DNA from: Actinomycetes bacterium
Lineage (GTDB): Bacteria; Actinomycetota; Thermoleophilia; Solirubrobacterales; 70-9
Direction: 5' to 3'
DNA: 64,000 nucleotides
NCBI GenBank assembly: GCA_016861045.1
Contig: BOKP01000001.1
Location: 187,529-251,528 of the forward strand
In this document: positions 37,244-46,635 of the stretch, one piece after another
Position numbering within the stretch: the first letter of the stretch is position 1
Layout: the number at the start of each line of letters is the position of its first letter
Notes under the pieces: generated by a model
What the model saw: only the letters and a program-made list of their open reading frames with translations
Databases searched by the model: none
What the model was told of the DNA's origin: nothing
Program-made: the position numbers and the translations under genes

Positions 37244-38116
37244 TCAGACCACGTCGGTGACGAGCAGCACGAACGCGATCGTGTTGTTGATCGCGTGCGC
37301 CAGCACCGGTGCCCACAGCGTGCCGCTGCGCTCGTAGAGCCAGGCGAGGATCACCCCGAAGATGGTGAGCTGGATCGCGACCCCGAGGTTCCCGGCGCCG
37401 AGGTGGAGGACCCCCCAGACCGCGGCCGAGATCGCCGCCGCCGGCAGCAGCGACAGCGAGCGTCGCAGGCCACCGAACATGAAGCCCCGGAAGAAGATCT
37501 CCTCCGACAGCGGCGCCGCGATCACGATCAGGAACGCGGCGGCGGCGACGCTGCCGAGCTCGTCCCTGTCGGTGCCGAGCTCGCGGGTCACGTCCTGCTG
37601 GTCCGGTTGGAGCAGCGGCGCGAGAAAGCCGGAGAAGAGGATGTACGCGAACCAGGCGAGGGCGGCGAGCCCGATCGCCGCGAGCGCGATCCGGCCGCCG
37701 AGCCCGAGCTTGGCGAAGGCCTCCTTGAGGCGGCCGCCGGAGTCGGCGAGGGCGAAACCGAGCGCGGTCCCGGCGAGGCTCGAGGCGACGACGAGCTGGG
37801 CGGCGTTGCGGGCCGCGGGCGTGTCGAGATCGGGGTCGAAGATGGCGACCGCGATCGTCCCGGCCAGCATCGCGCCGGCCGCGATCAGCACGCCGACTGC
37901 GACCATGCCGCCCCGCCAGCCGACCTCGGGCAGCCCCGCGTAGTCGGTCAGAAAGCGCCCGCCGCCGGCGGCGTGGTCGGGCTCCTCGCCGCCCGGAGGA
38001 GGCGTCGAGGGGGTGGCGGCGTCCGGCGGCGGCACCGAGGGGCGGCTCGGCGGGGACGCCGGCGGCGGCGTCGATCCGACCCGCTCGCGCTCGGCCTCCT
38101 GGTCCTGGTCGCTCAT
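37244..38116 (-). CDS. CPBP-family intramembrane glutamic endopeptidase (CAAX protease-like)
   Basis: Polytopic protein with PLSEEIFFRGF (EExxxR motif), a later HLGAGN motif and a C-terminal HAINN motif. It has a Pro-rich N-terminus. Confidence 0.8.
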   Translation of the reverse strand: MSDQDQEAERERVGSTPPPASPPSRPSVPPPDAATPSTPPPGGEEPDHAAGGGRFLTDYAGLPEVGWRGGMVAVGVLIAAGAMLAGTIAVAIFDPDLDTPAARNAAQLVVASSLAGTALGFALADSGGRLKEAFAKLGLGGRIALAAIGLAALAWFAYILFSGFLAPLLQPDQQDVTRELGTDRDELGSVAAAAFLIVIAAPLSEEIFFRGFMFGGLRRSLSLLPAAAISAAVWGVLHLGAGNLGVAIQLTIFGVILAWLYERSGTLWAPVLAHAINNTIAFVLLVTDVV

Positions 38117-38760
38117 CGGTCGCTGGGATCCATTCGCTCCACGATCTCGGCGAGCGAGGATACGTCGGCGCCGCCGTCGCGGTCGATCCTGAGCACGTCG
38201 ATGCCGGCGGCGCGGGCCCCGGCGACGTCCTCGTCGCTGTCGCCGACGTGCAGCGCCTCGGCCGCGGTGCAGCCGGCGATCGCGAGGGCCGGCGCGAAGA
38301 TCGCCGGGTCCGGCTTGCGGGCGCCGGCGGCGGCGGAGGTGACGACGCCGTCGATCGCGTCCGCCAGCCCGATCCGCTCGAGGATCGCGGGCAGCTCGTA
38401 GTCCCAGTTCGAGACGCAGACGGTGCGCAGGCCGTGCTCGCGCAGGGCTGCGAGCGCCGGCGCCGCGTCGGGATAGGGCTCGAAGCGGATCGCGTCCATC
38501 ATCGCCTCGACGCCGATCTCGCGGCCGAGCCCGGCCGACAGCACCGCCGCCGACTCGACCCGCAGCCCGGCGAGCGAGGCCGCGTCGCGGCCGCGGTCGG
38601 CGTTGGCGGCGTAGAACGCCATCTCCGCCCTGAAGGCGGCGCGGACGCGCTCGGGCGGGATCCCGTCGACGACGGCCCCGCCGAGCCGATCCCAGGGCGG
38701 CAGCAGCCGGACCATCGTCCCGAGGGCGTCGATCAGGCAGGCGCGGTAGGGGGCGGGCAC
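38113..38760 (-). CDS. HAD-superfamily hydrolase
   Basis: GTG at 38760. HAD motifs are LIDALGT (motif I), VSNW (motif II), K-P (ARKPDP) and HVGDSDEDVAGARAAG (motif IV). The long Arg-rich 5' extension in the track ORF is rejected. Confidence 0.75.
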   Translation of the reverse strand: MPAPYRACLIDALGTMVRLLPPWDRLGGAVVDGIPPERVRAAFRAEMAFYAANADRGRDAASLAGLRVESAAVLSAGLGREIGVEAMMDAIRFEPYPDAAPALAALREHGLRTVCVSNWDYELPAILERIGLADAIDGVVTSAAAGARKPDPAIFAPALAIAGCTAAEALHVGDSDEDVAGARAAGIDVLRIDRDGGADVSSLAEIVERMDPSDR

Positions 38761-38781
38761 GAATACATTCTCACCGAGCGG

Positions 38782-40080
38782 ATGGAGCAGCGCCCGACCA
38801 CCCCTGCGAGGGCCGTCGCGACGCCGCGGCGGCGGCTCGCGGCCCGGCTCGCGGCGGCGGCGCTCGTCGCCGTGTCGGTGCCGCTCGCCGCGCCGTCGCC
38901 GGATCCGCGGCTCGTTCCGGGGGGCGGCGAGGGCTGGGCCGATGGGGTGGCCGGCCTGCTCGGCTACGGGCTCGTCTCGCGACCGGCGGCCTACCTCTGT
39001 CTGCTCTGGCTCGCGATCGCGCTCTGGATCGCCGTCCTCTTGCTCGCCCGCGAGCTCGGCCTCCGCCTCGTGGCGACGACGGCCGGTGCTCTGATCGTCC
39101 TGTTCGCGCTGGCCCCGCCGCTGCTCTCGCTCGACGTGTTCAGCTACATCTCCTACGGCCGGCTCGGCGTCGAGCACGGGCTCAACCCCTACCAGCACGC
39201 GCCCGCGGCCATCCCGGGCGATGCGGCGGCGAGCCGCGTCGTCGACTATCGCGAGGCGGTCTCCGTCTACGGTCCCGTCTTCACGCTGCTCAGCTATCCG
39301 CTCGCCGCGGCCGGCGTCCCGTTCGCGCTCTGGTCGCTGAAGGCGATCGCCGCCGCCGCGATCGCCGCGACCGCCGGGATCGTCGCCCGCCTCGCCCGCC
39401 GCCGCGGGGTCGATCCCGCCGCCGCCACCGCCTTCGTCGCCCTCAACCCGCTCGTCCTCGTCCACCTCGTCGGCGGCGCCCACAACGACGCGCTGATGGT
39501 CGCGATCGCGACGGCTGCGGTCGCCGCGGCCCTGACCTCGCGCCCGGCGCTGGCCGGCGCCGGGTTCGTCCTCGCCGCCGCGGTCAAGGTCTCGGGCCTG
39601 CTCTACGCGCCGTTCGCGCTGCTCGGGGCGGCTCCGGCCCGGAGCCGGGCTCGGATGCTCGCCGGCGCCGCCCTCGGCGCCGCGCTCGCCGGGGCGATCT
39701 CGCTGGCGGCGTTCGGCCCCGCGATCGATGCGGCGCTCACGGTCGCGGGCGAGAACCAGGACCGGATCAGCCGCTGGAGCGTGGCCGCGACCGCCGCCCG
39801 CGTGAGCGGCATCGACGTCGACCCGATCCGGACGCTGCTCGCGATCGGCCTCGCGGTGGCCCTCGCCGGCCTCGCCGTCGCGGTCGCCCGGGGCCTAGAC
39901 TGGGTCCGCGCGGCGGGCTGGGCGGCGCTCGGCGTGCTCGTCGCCTCCGCCTACATCGTCCCCTGGTACGTGCTCTGGGTGCTGCCGCCGGCGGCGATCT
40001 CGCGCGACCGGGCGCTGATCGGTGCGACGATCCTGCTGACGGCGTTCCAGGCGGTCAACGGCGTCGCGGTCAGCCCATGA
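38782..40080 (+). CDS. Polytopic membrane protein, GT-C / DUF2029-type mannosyltransferase-like
   Basis: ATG at 38782, about 430 aa with at least 9 TM helices. LSLDVFSYISYGRL...NPY in the first loop recalls actinobacterial polyprenol-phosphate-mannose-dependent glycosyltransferases. The assignment is from memory only. Confidence 0.55.
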   Translation: MEQRPTTPARAVATPRRRLAARLAAAALVAVSVPLAAPSPDPRLVPGGGEGWADGVAGLLGYGLVSRPAAYLCLLWLAIALWIAVLLLARELGLRLVATTAGALIVLFALAPPLLSLDVFSYISYGRLGVEHGLNPYQHAPAAIPGDAAASRVVDYREAVSVYGPVFTLLSYPLAAAGVPFALWSLKAIAAAAIAATAGIVARLARRRGVDPAAATAFVALNPLVLVHLVGGAHNDALMVAIATAAVAAALTSRPALAGAGFVLAAAVKVSGLLYAPFALLGAAPARSRARMLAGAALGAALAGAISLAAFGPAIDAALTVAGENQDRISRWSVAATAARVSGIDVDPIRTLLAIGLAVALAGLAVAVARGLDWVRAAGWAALGVLVASAYIVPWYVLWVLPPAAISRDRALIGATILLTAFQAVNGVAVSP

Positions 40081-41102
40081 GCGAGCCATCGATGCGCAGA
40101 TCCCCCGAGTTCGACCTGATCGCGGCGATCAGGGAGCGCCTCGGCGATCCCGCCGACTCCGGCGTCGACGTCCGGATCGGGATCGGCGACGACGCCGCCG
40201 TCACCGTCGCCGCGGACGGCTCGGCGCGGGCGGTGACCGTCGATGCGCTCGTCGACGGCGTCGGCTTCCGCCGTGCCTGGTGCCCGCCGCGGGCGATCGG
40301 CCACAAGGCTGCCGCCGCCGCCCTCAGCGATCTTGCGGCGATGGGCGCCGAGCCGACCGAGCTCTACGCCTGGCTCGGGGTCCCCGACGATCTCGACCGC
40401 GACGCGACGCTCGAGCTCTGCGACGGCCTCGCCGAGGTCGGCGCCCGGGCCGGGGCTGCGCTCCTCGGCGGCGATCTGACGGCGTCGGGCGTGCTGGCCG
40501 TGTCCGTGACCGCGATCGGCCGCGCGGCGGCAGGCGAGCGGCTCGTCGGCCGCGCCGGGGCCCGCGTCGGCGACGCCGTCTGCGTCACCGGGACGCTCGG
40601 CGCCGCCGCCGCCGGGCTGGTGCTGCTCGAGCACCCCGAGCTCGCCGCCTCGGTGCCCGGCGCCGAGGCCGACGGCGCCCGCGGACGGCAGCTTCGGCCG
40701 GAGCCGCGGACCGCCGCGGGGCGGGCGTTGGCGGCGGCCGGCGCCGGCGCGATGATCGACGTCTCCGACGGCCTCGGGGGCGACGCCGAGCATCTCGCCG
40801 CCGCCTCCGGGGTCGGGATCGAGATCGAGCTCGACCGCGTCCCGCTCGGCGCCGGCGTCGCGGCCGTCGCCGCAGCCGCCGGACGCGACCCGGTCGAGCT
40901 CGCGGCCGCCGGCGGCGAGGACTACGAGCTGCTCTGCGCGATCCCCCGCGCCCACCTCGAAGCCGGCCGCGAGGCGGTCGCGGCGAGCGGGACCGCCCTG
41001 ACCGAGATCGGTCGCGTCGAGCCCGGCGCGGCCGTCCGGCTCAGGCTGCCCGGCGGGCGCTCAGTTCGTGCAGCAGGGCATGACCACCTCCGCCGCCCGT
41101 GA
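40077..41102 (+). CDS. thiL: Thiamine-monophosphate kinase
   Basis: ATGA overlap with the upstream gene. Motifs: EFDLIAAI, GIGDDAAV, VDALVDGVGF and KAAAAALSDLAAMGA (AIR-synthase-related fold). Confidence 0.85.
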   Translation: MSEPSMRRSPEFDLIAAIRERLGDPADSGVDVRIGIGDDAAVTVAADGSARAVTVDALVDGVGFRRAWCPPRAIGHKAAAAALSDLAAMGAEPTELYAWLGVPDDLDRDATLELCDGLAEVGARAGAALLGGDLTASGVLAVSVTAIGRAAAGERLVGRAGARVGDAVCVTGTLGAAAAGLVLLEHPELAASVPGAEADGARGRQLRPEPRTAAGRALAAAGAGAMIDVSDGLGGDAEHLAAASGVGIEIELDRVPLGAGVAAVAAAAGRDPVELAAAGGEDYELLCAIPRAHLEAGREAVAASGTALTEIGRVEPGAAVRLRLPGGRSVRAAGHDHLRRP

Positions 41103-41232
41103 CCGGGTCGCGGCTCTGGATCACGCCGATCCGCTCGAGGATGGCGACCGCGACACGCTGCGAGTTGACCTCGTAGGTGCCGCGGGACACCTGCTTCTGC
41201 ACGACTGCGAGTTGTTCATCGGTGGCACGCAT
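41041..41232 (-). CDS. FlgM-like anti-sigma-28 factor fragment-sized protein
   Basis: 63-aa ORF. QLAVVQKQVSRGTYEVNSQRVAVAILERI matches the C-terminal sigma-28-binding helix pattern of FlgM (KxQIxxGxYxVDxxxIAxxM). GAGG lies 6-9 nt upstream of the ATG. The 3' end overlaps thiL convergently by 62 nt. Confidence 0.45.
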   Translation of the reverse strand: MRATDEQLAVVQKQVSRGTYEVNSQRVAVAILERIGVIQSRDPVTGGGGGHALLHELSARRAA

Positions 41233-41282
41233 TTGAACCTCGCTCGTCTTCCTGACTCTGCTCGGGGTGGACTGCTACTTGG

Positions 41283-41309
41283 CCATCGACCCGGCGCCGG
41301 CCCCCTTTA
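41283..41309 (-). promoter_or_regulatory. Sigma-28 (FliA/WhiG)-type promoter candidate
   Basis: The minus strand reads TAAA-N15-GTCGATGG, against the consensus TAAA-N15-GCCGATAA. It lies about 50 nt upstream of the FlgM-like ATG. Confidence 0.3.
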
Positions 41310-41371
41310 GCTGCTTCGGACGAGCGTCCAGCGCGGCGTCCAGATCCGCGTCCAGGGCGTCGCCCGCGGCC

Positions 41372-43144
41372 TCAGCGGTGGCGACGCTCGGCCGGCGGGG
41401 TCGAGCCGAGCGCGCCCGGGCCGGCGTGGCTTCCGGCGCCGCGGATGCTCGCCTGCGGGCCGGCGCGGAGCACGGTTCCGGCCTCGGCGCCGGCGGCGGA
41501 GACGACCGCGATCAAGCCTCCGATGACGCCGCACCAGAGCAGGCTTTCGAGGATTCCGATCTGGCCGTCGGCGATCATCAGCAGCACGTGCCACGGGGCC
41601 GCGAGGCCGAGGTCGAGCTCGGCTGCGAAGATCGCGAATCCGAGCAGGGCGGGGAGGAGCGACAGCAGGCTGGCGATCGCCAGCGTCGGCGGTCGCGGCG
41701 GTCCGGAGGCGCGGGCAGCGAGCAGCCAGACGTGCGCGGTCGGCGCCAGAAGCAGGGCGAGATACGGGTTGACGAGCCAGATCCCGAGGACCGAGAGCCC
41801 GGTGAGCAGCCCGGCGGCGGCGGCGAGCGTCTGCGGCTCGGCGTCGACCGGCGTCCGCATCGGCCGGATCAGCAGCGCCGTGACCGCGATCGCGGCGGCC
41901 AGCAGGGCGAAGGCGACCGGCCCGGCGATGCCCGGGCCGTGGAGTGCCGGGTCGTAGGGGAAGCCCGGGCGGTCGAGCAGCCCGGCGAGGGCAAGCAGGT
42001 ACACGACGAGCAGCGCCGCGAGCGGTACCAGGATGCGCTCCCCGGCCCAGAAGACCGTTCGCCGCGCGCGCCAGTCGGCGCGGTGGGCGCGCAGCCAGGT
42101 GTCGCCGGCGGCGAGCAGCGGCGCCGCAAGCAGGGCGAGCGCGAGCAGCGACAGCGTCCAGCCCGGGACCAGGTTGTCGCCGATGCGGATGTAGTCGTCG
42201 GGCCCGGCGTCGGCGGGGCGGTCGGCGTGATCGAGCGTCAGGACCAGCTCGAGCAGCGTCCCCCCGGCCGCCGCCAGGGTCGTGGAGGAGATCGCCTCGG
42301 GCGCCTCCTCGGCCGATCCGACGCGTCGCTCCCCGGCGGCGCTGATCGCGACCGCCTCGATCCCGGATTCGCGCAGCGCGACCTGCTCCCCGAGGCCGGC
42401 CGGGAACGCGAGCCGCGCCAGGCCGACCCAGGGTCCCGGGGCCGGGTCGCGCTGCTCGAACCGCGCCGAGGCGATCTCGCGGGCGGTCGCCATCAGCTCG
42501 GCCGAGGGGCTGTCGGGGCCGGAGCCGGAGCCGATCACGAACGGCGGTCGCGGGCGGGCCACTCCGGGCTCGGATATGGCGAGCGCTTCCTCCACGTCGC
42601 CGGGGCGCGGCAGCGCCTCGACCAGCTCGGCAGCGCCCTCGGCCCCGTCGATCCCGTCGGTCGAGGCGAGGATCAGGGTCCGCTCGCGGCGTGAGCGCCC
42701 GAGGTCGTCGGCGAGGCCGAGCAGGGCCGCCGTGGCCGCCGCCGAGTCCGTCGCTCCCGGGCCCCGCGGCGAGTCGCGGGCGGCGACCACGAGGATCGCG
42801 CGATCGGAGCTTCCCGGCAGGGTCAGGATCACGTTCTCGAGCCTCACGTCCTCGCCCTCGAAGCTCGAATCGAACGTCTGCGTCGAGACCTGACCGCCCT
42901 CGATCGCCGCGAACCGCTCCTCGACGAGGTCGGCGACGGCGCGGTCGCCGGCGGACCCGGGGGTGCGCTCGGGCGCCAGCTCGACGATCGAGCGCGCGGT
43001 CCGGGCCGCTTCGACGCCGTCGAAGGTCGGCGTCGCAACCGGCGGCGGCAGCGGGTTCGGGACCGGCTCGAAGGAGAACATCAGGATCACGAGGGCGACC
43101 ACGGCGGGGACCAGGGCGGCGCGATAGATCCTCGGGTCGAACAT
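41372..43144 (-). CDS. Membrane protein with an N-terminal M28-peptidase-like (apparently non-catalytic) ectodomain and a polytopic C-terminal domain
   Basis: 590 aa. The TM helix and ectodomain follow an M28 layout, but metal ligands are replaced (VAARDS, ATDSAAATAALLGLA, LASTDGIDGAEGA). About 8 C-terminal TM helices follow. Confidence 0.55.
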   Translation of the reverse strand: MFDPRIYRAALVPAVVALVILMFSFEPVPNPLPPPVATPTFDGVEAARTARSIVELAPERTPGSAGDRAVADLVEERFAAIEGGQVSTQTFDSSFEGEDVRLENVILTLPGSSDRAILVVAARDSPRGPGATDSAAATAALLGLADDLGRSRRERTLILASTDGIDGAEGAAELVEALPRPGDVEEALAISEPGVARPRPPFVIGSGSGPDSPSAELMATAREIASARFEQRDPAPGPWVGLARLAFPAGLGEQVALRESGIEAVAISAAGERRVGSAEEAPEAISSTTLAAAGGTLLELVLTLDHADRPADAGPDDYIRIGDNLVPGWTLSLLALALLAAPLLAAGDTWLRAHRADWRARRTVFWAGERILVPLAALLVVYLLALAGLLDRPGFPYDPALHGPGIAGPVAFALLAAAIAVTALLIRPMRTPVDAEPQTLAAAAGLLTGLSVLGIWLVNPYLALLLAPTAHVWLLAARASGPPRPPTLAIASLLSLLPALLGFAIFAAELDLGLAAPWHVLLMIADGQIGILESLLWCGVIGGLIAVVSAAGAEAGTVLRAGPQASIRGAGSHAGPGALGSTPPAERRHR

Positions 43145-43173
43145 CGGTGGGGCGGTGAAACTAACCTCTCCGC

Positions 43174-43881
43174 ATGGCCGAGGCCTCGGCTCGCATCCTT
43201 CTCGTCGATGACGAGGAGTCGATCCAGACGCTCCTGGCGTACCCGCTCCGCAGGGACGGCTACGAGGTCGTCGTCGCCCGCGACGGTCGCGAGGGCCTCG
43301 ACCGCTTCGCGGACGATCGCTTCGATCTCGTCGTGCTCGACGTGATGATGCCGCGGATCGACGGGATCGAGGTCTGCCGGCGCCTGCGCTCGCGCAGCCA
43401 GGTTCCGATCATCATGCTGACGGCCCGCGACGACGAGGTCGACAAGGTCCTCGGGCTCGAGATCGGCGCCGACGACTACATCACGAAGCCGTTCAGCGTC
43501 CGCGAGTTCCGCAGCCGCGTCAAGGCGGCGCTGCGGCGGACGCGGATGTCGGGCGAGGAGCCGGACGAGGGAGCGATCAGCGCCGGCGAGCTGACGATCG
43601 ATCCCGGCCGCCGGCAGGTCAGCGTCCGCGGCGAGCGCGTCCAGCTGACCTACGTCGAGTTCGAGCTGCTGGCGGCCCTGGCCCGAAGCCCGGGCCGCGT
43701 CCTCGACCGTGCGGCCCTGCTCGAGCGCATCTGGGGCGACAGCACATACCGCGATCCACGGACGATCGACGTCCACATCCGTCACCTGCGCGAGAAGATC
43801 GAGGCCGAGCCGAAGGACCCCGAATACCTGTTGACGGTGCGCGGCGTCGGCTACCGGTTCCGCGACGAGGACGTGGGCTGA
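43174..43881 (+). CDS. OmpR/PhoB-family response regulator
   Basis: Receiver domain ILLVDDE...DLVVLDVMMP...ITKPF and a winged-helix output domain (LTYVEFELL...VRGVGYRF). Confidence 0.9.
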   Translation: MAEASARILLVDDEESIQTLLAYPLRRDGYEVVVARDGREGLDRFADDRFDLVVLDVMMPRIDGIEVCRRLRSRSQVPIIMLTARDDEVDKVLGLEIGADDYITKPFSVREFRSRVKAALRRTRMSGEEPDEGAISAGELTIDPGRRQVSVRGERVQLTYVEFELLAALARSPGRVLDRAALLERIWGDSTYRDPRTIDVHIRHLREKIEAEPKDPEYLLTVRGVGYRFRDEDVG

Positions 43882-43882
43882 G

Positions 43883-45391
43883 TTGAGCCGGCGACCGGTC
43901 TCGTGGCTGGACAGCGTCCGCACCCGGCTCGTCGTCCTGTTCTTCGCGATCACCGCGACGGCGATCGCCTTCGTCTACCTGTACGTGGTCCCCCAGCTCA
44001 GCTCGCGCCTCGAGACGGAGCGGCTCGAGCGGCTCGAGCGGCAGGGTGGCGAGGAGCTCGGCCGGCTTCGCAGCGCCGCCCGTCGCGGTCTCGAGCAGCG
44101 GGAGCTGGCGGCGCTCGTGCGCCGTACCGCCGCCGACGTCGACTCGCGGATCACGCTGCTCGGGCTCCGCGAGGGCGAGCCTGCGTTCGTGATCGCGGAC
44201 TCCGAGCTCGAGTCCGAGGCGCTCGACCCCGAGTACCCGGCTGCCGCCGGGGCCGCCGCGGCCAACGACGTCCGCTCCGAGGTCGAGACGGTCGGAGGCA
44301 GCAGGATCGGCGAGGCCGCCTTCCCGGTCGGGGGCGCGGTGCCGGGGCGCGACCGCGCCGGGGCCGGCCGGGCCCGGGCGGGCGGCGGGGAGCCGGGGTG
44401 GGTGATCGTGCTCTCGGCGCCGCTCGACGACGTCGAGGCAAACGTCGCCCTCGTCCGCCGCCGGACGCTGATCGCGGGCGGGATCGCACTTGCCCTGTCG
44501 CTGCTCGCCGCCTACGTCGCGGCCGGCTACCACGCCCGCCGCCTGCGCCGGCTCGAGTCGGCGGCGGCGCGCGTCGCCGAGGGCGATTTCAGCGTCCCGA
44601 TCCCGACCGGCGGCAACGACGAGGTCGGCCAGCTCGCGGAGACCCTGGACTCGATGCGAAGGCGGCTGCGCGGCCTCGAGAGCGCCCGTCGCGACTTCAT
44701 CGCCAACGCCTCGCACGAGCTGCGAACGCCGATCGCCTCGCTCGGCGGCTTCGTCGAGCTGCTCGACGAGGACCCCGAGCCCGACGCCGCCAGCCGGCGC
44801 GAGTTCGTGCGGACGATGCGGGGCCAGATCGAGCGGCTCACGAAGCTCTCGACGGACCTGCTCGACCTCTCGCGACTCGATGCCGACGCGCTGACGCTGC
44901 GTGACGAGCCGATCGACCTGACCGGACTCGCGGGCGAGGTCGCGATGGAGTTCGCGGCGGCGGCCGAGCGCCACGACGCCACCGTCAAGGTCGTCGCCGG
45001 CGGCGGCGAGGCGCATGCGCAAGCGGATCGCGCGAGGGCGGCGCAGATCTTGCGTATTCTCGTCGACAACGCGCTCAAGCACACGGCGCCCGGAACCGAG
45101 ATCGCCATCAGCCCCGCCAGCACAGCCACCGAAGCCCGGGTCACCGTCAGCGACGACGGCCCCGGGATCGACCCGAGATCGCGCGATCGGATCTTCGACC
45201 GCTTCTACACCGCCGACTCCGTCAGCGGCTCCGGGCTCGGGCTCGCGATCGCCCGCGAGCTCGCCCGGGCGATGGGCGGGGACGTCATCCTCGACCCGCG
45301 CCGCGGGCGCGGCGCCTCCTTCAGCGTGATCCTGCCGCCCGCCGGCGCCACCGAGGCCAGCCCCCGCGGGCATCTGGGGGCTCCGGCGTGA
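43883..45391 (+). CDS. Sensor histidine kinase (two TM helices, HAMP, HisKA, HATPase_c)
   Basis: TTG start 2 nt after the response regulator stop. H-box FIANASHELRTP, N-box LVDNALKHT, G-boxes DDGPGI and GSGLGLAI. Confidence 0.9.
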   Translation: MSRRPVSWLDSVRTRLVVLFFAITATAIAFVYLYVVPQLSSRLETERLERLERQGGEELGRLRSAARRGLEQRELAALVRRTAADVDSRITLLGLREGEPAFVIADSELESEALDPEYPAAAGAAAANDVRSEVETVGGSRIGEAAFPVGGAVPGRDRAGAGRARAGGGEPGWVIVLSAPLDDVEANVALVRRRTLIAGGIALALSLLAAYVAAGYHARRLRRLESAAARVAEGDFSVPIPTGGNDEVGQLAETLDSMRRRLRGLESARRDFIANASHELRTPIASLGGFVELLDEDPEPDAASRREFVRTMRGQIERLTKLSTDLLDLSRLDADALTLRDEPIDLTGLAGEVAMEFAAAAERHDATVKVVAGGGEAHAQADRARAAQILRILVDNALKHTAPGTEIAISPASTATEARVTVSDDGPGIDPRSRDRIFDRFYTADSVSGSGLGLAIARELARAMGGDVILDPRRGRGASFSVILPPAGATEASPRGHLGAPA

Positions 45392-46566
45392 GCGTGACAA
45401 CGGGGCGGATCGGGCCGCTGCTCGCGGCCGGGGCGACGGTGCTGCTCCTCGCCCTCGGGGTCGTGGCGTGCGGCGGCGGCGACTCGACCGATCCGGCGAC
45501 GGTGACGACGACGGCGGCGGTCGGGGACGGCAGGCCGGCGGCGGGGACGACCCAGTTCGACCCCCGGGCGATCTACGCCGAGGCGGCGCCGAGCGTGGTC
45601 ACGATCATCTCCTTCGTGGGCGACGCTTCGAGTCCGTCCGCGGCCGGGCAGGGATCGGGATTCGTGATCAGCGACGCCGGCGAGATCGTCACCAACGCCC
45701 ACGTCGTCACCGACGCGACCGAGGTCGGCGGCGCCGATCCGATCAACGAGGCCGATGAGGTCTACGTCGAGTTCGGCGACCGCAACCAGGTCCCGGCCGA
45801 GATCGTCGGAACCGACCCCAACGCCGACGTCGCGCTGATCGAGGTCGATCCCGAGGGGCTCGCCCTGGACCCGATCGAGCTCGGCGATTCCGATTCGATC
45901 CGGGTCGGCGATCCGGTCGCGGCGATCGGCAGCCCCTTCGGCCAGGAGCAGTCGATATCGGTCGGGATCGTCTCCGCCACCGACCGCTCGATCGAATCGC
46001 TGACCCAGTTCCGGATCGACGGCGCGATCCAGACCGACACCTCGATCAACCCGGGCAACTCCGGCGGCCCGCTGATCGGCGCCGACGGCCGGGTGATCGG
46101 GGTCGACCAGCAGATCAACACGACCTCGGGTGGCGACGAGGGGGTCGGCTTCGCGGTCCCGATCAACCTCGTCAAGCGCTCGATTGACCAGCTTCGCGAC
46201 AGCGGCGAGGTCCGCTACGCCTACATCGGCGTCCGCAGCCAGCCGCTCTACCCGCAGCTCGCCGAGAAGCTCGGGATCGACGCTCCCACCGGCTCGCTGA
46301 TCTCGTCCGTCGTCCCCGGCGGGCCCGCCGACGAGGCGGGGCTGAGCGGCGGCTCGGACGAGCCGAAGATCGAGTTCCAGGGCCGCAAGGTCGTCGTCGG
46401 CGGCGACACGATCGTTGCCGTCGACGGCGAGAAGCTGGTCGCCGAGAACGATCTCTCGCGGCTGATCGCCGCCTACGAGCCCGGCGACGAGGTGACCCTG
46501 CAGATCATCCGCGACGGCGAGCTGATGGACGTCGACGTCACGCTCGGGACCCGTCCCGAGTCCTGA
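45388..46566 (+). CDS. htrA: HtrA/DegP-family serine protease with a PDZ domain (lipoprotein-type signal)
   Basis: GTGA overlap with the kinase gene. Signal ...LALGVVACGG, catalytic TNAHVV, DVALI and GNSGGPL, and a C-terminal PDZ domain. Confidence 0.9.
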   Translation: MSVTTGRIGPLLAAGATVLLLALGVVACGGGDSTDPATVTTTAAVGDGRPAAGTTQFDPRAIYAEAAPSVVTIISFVGDASSPSAAGQGSGFVISDAGEIVTNAHVVTDATEVGGADPINEADEVYVEFGDRNQVPAEIVGTDPNADVALIEVDPEGLALDPIELGDSDSIRVGDPVAAIGSPFGQEQSISVGIVSATDRSIESLTQFRIDGAIQTDTSINPGNSGGPLIGADGRVIGVDQQINTTSGGDEGVGFAVPINLVKRSIDQLRDSGEVRYAYIGVRSQPLYPQLAEKLGIDAPTGSLISSVVPGGPADEAGLSGGSDEPKIEFQGRKVVVGGDTIVAVDGEKLVAENDLSRLIAAYEPGDEVTLQIIRDGELMDVDVTLGTRPES

Positions 46567-46635
46567 TCCGAGAGTGGGCCGCTGACCGCCGGGTCGCATC
46601 CGCTCGCCGGCCTCGTCGCCGAGCTCGCCGGGGAC

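Noticed and set aside
41068-41310. 80-aa plus-strand ORF opposite the FlgM-like ORF
   Set aside because: It has no recognisable motif. It is antisense to the ORF that has both a family-like helix and a matching promoter and RBS.
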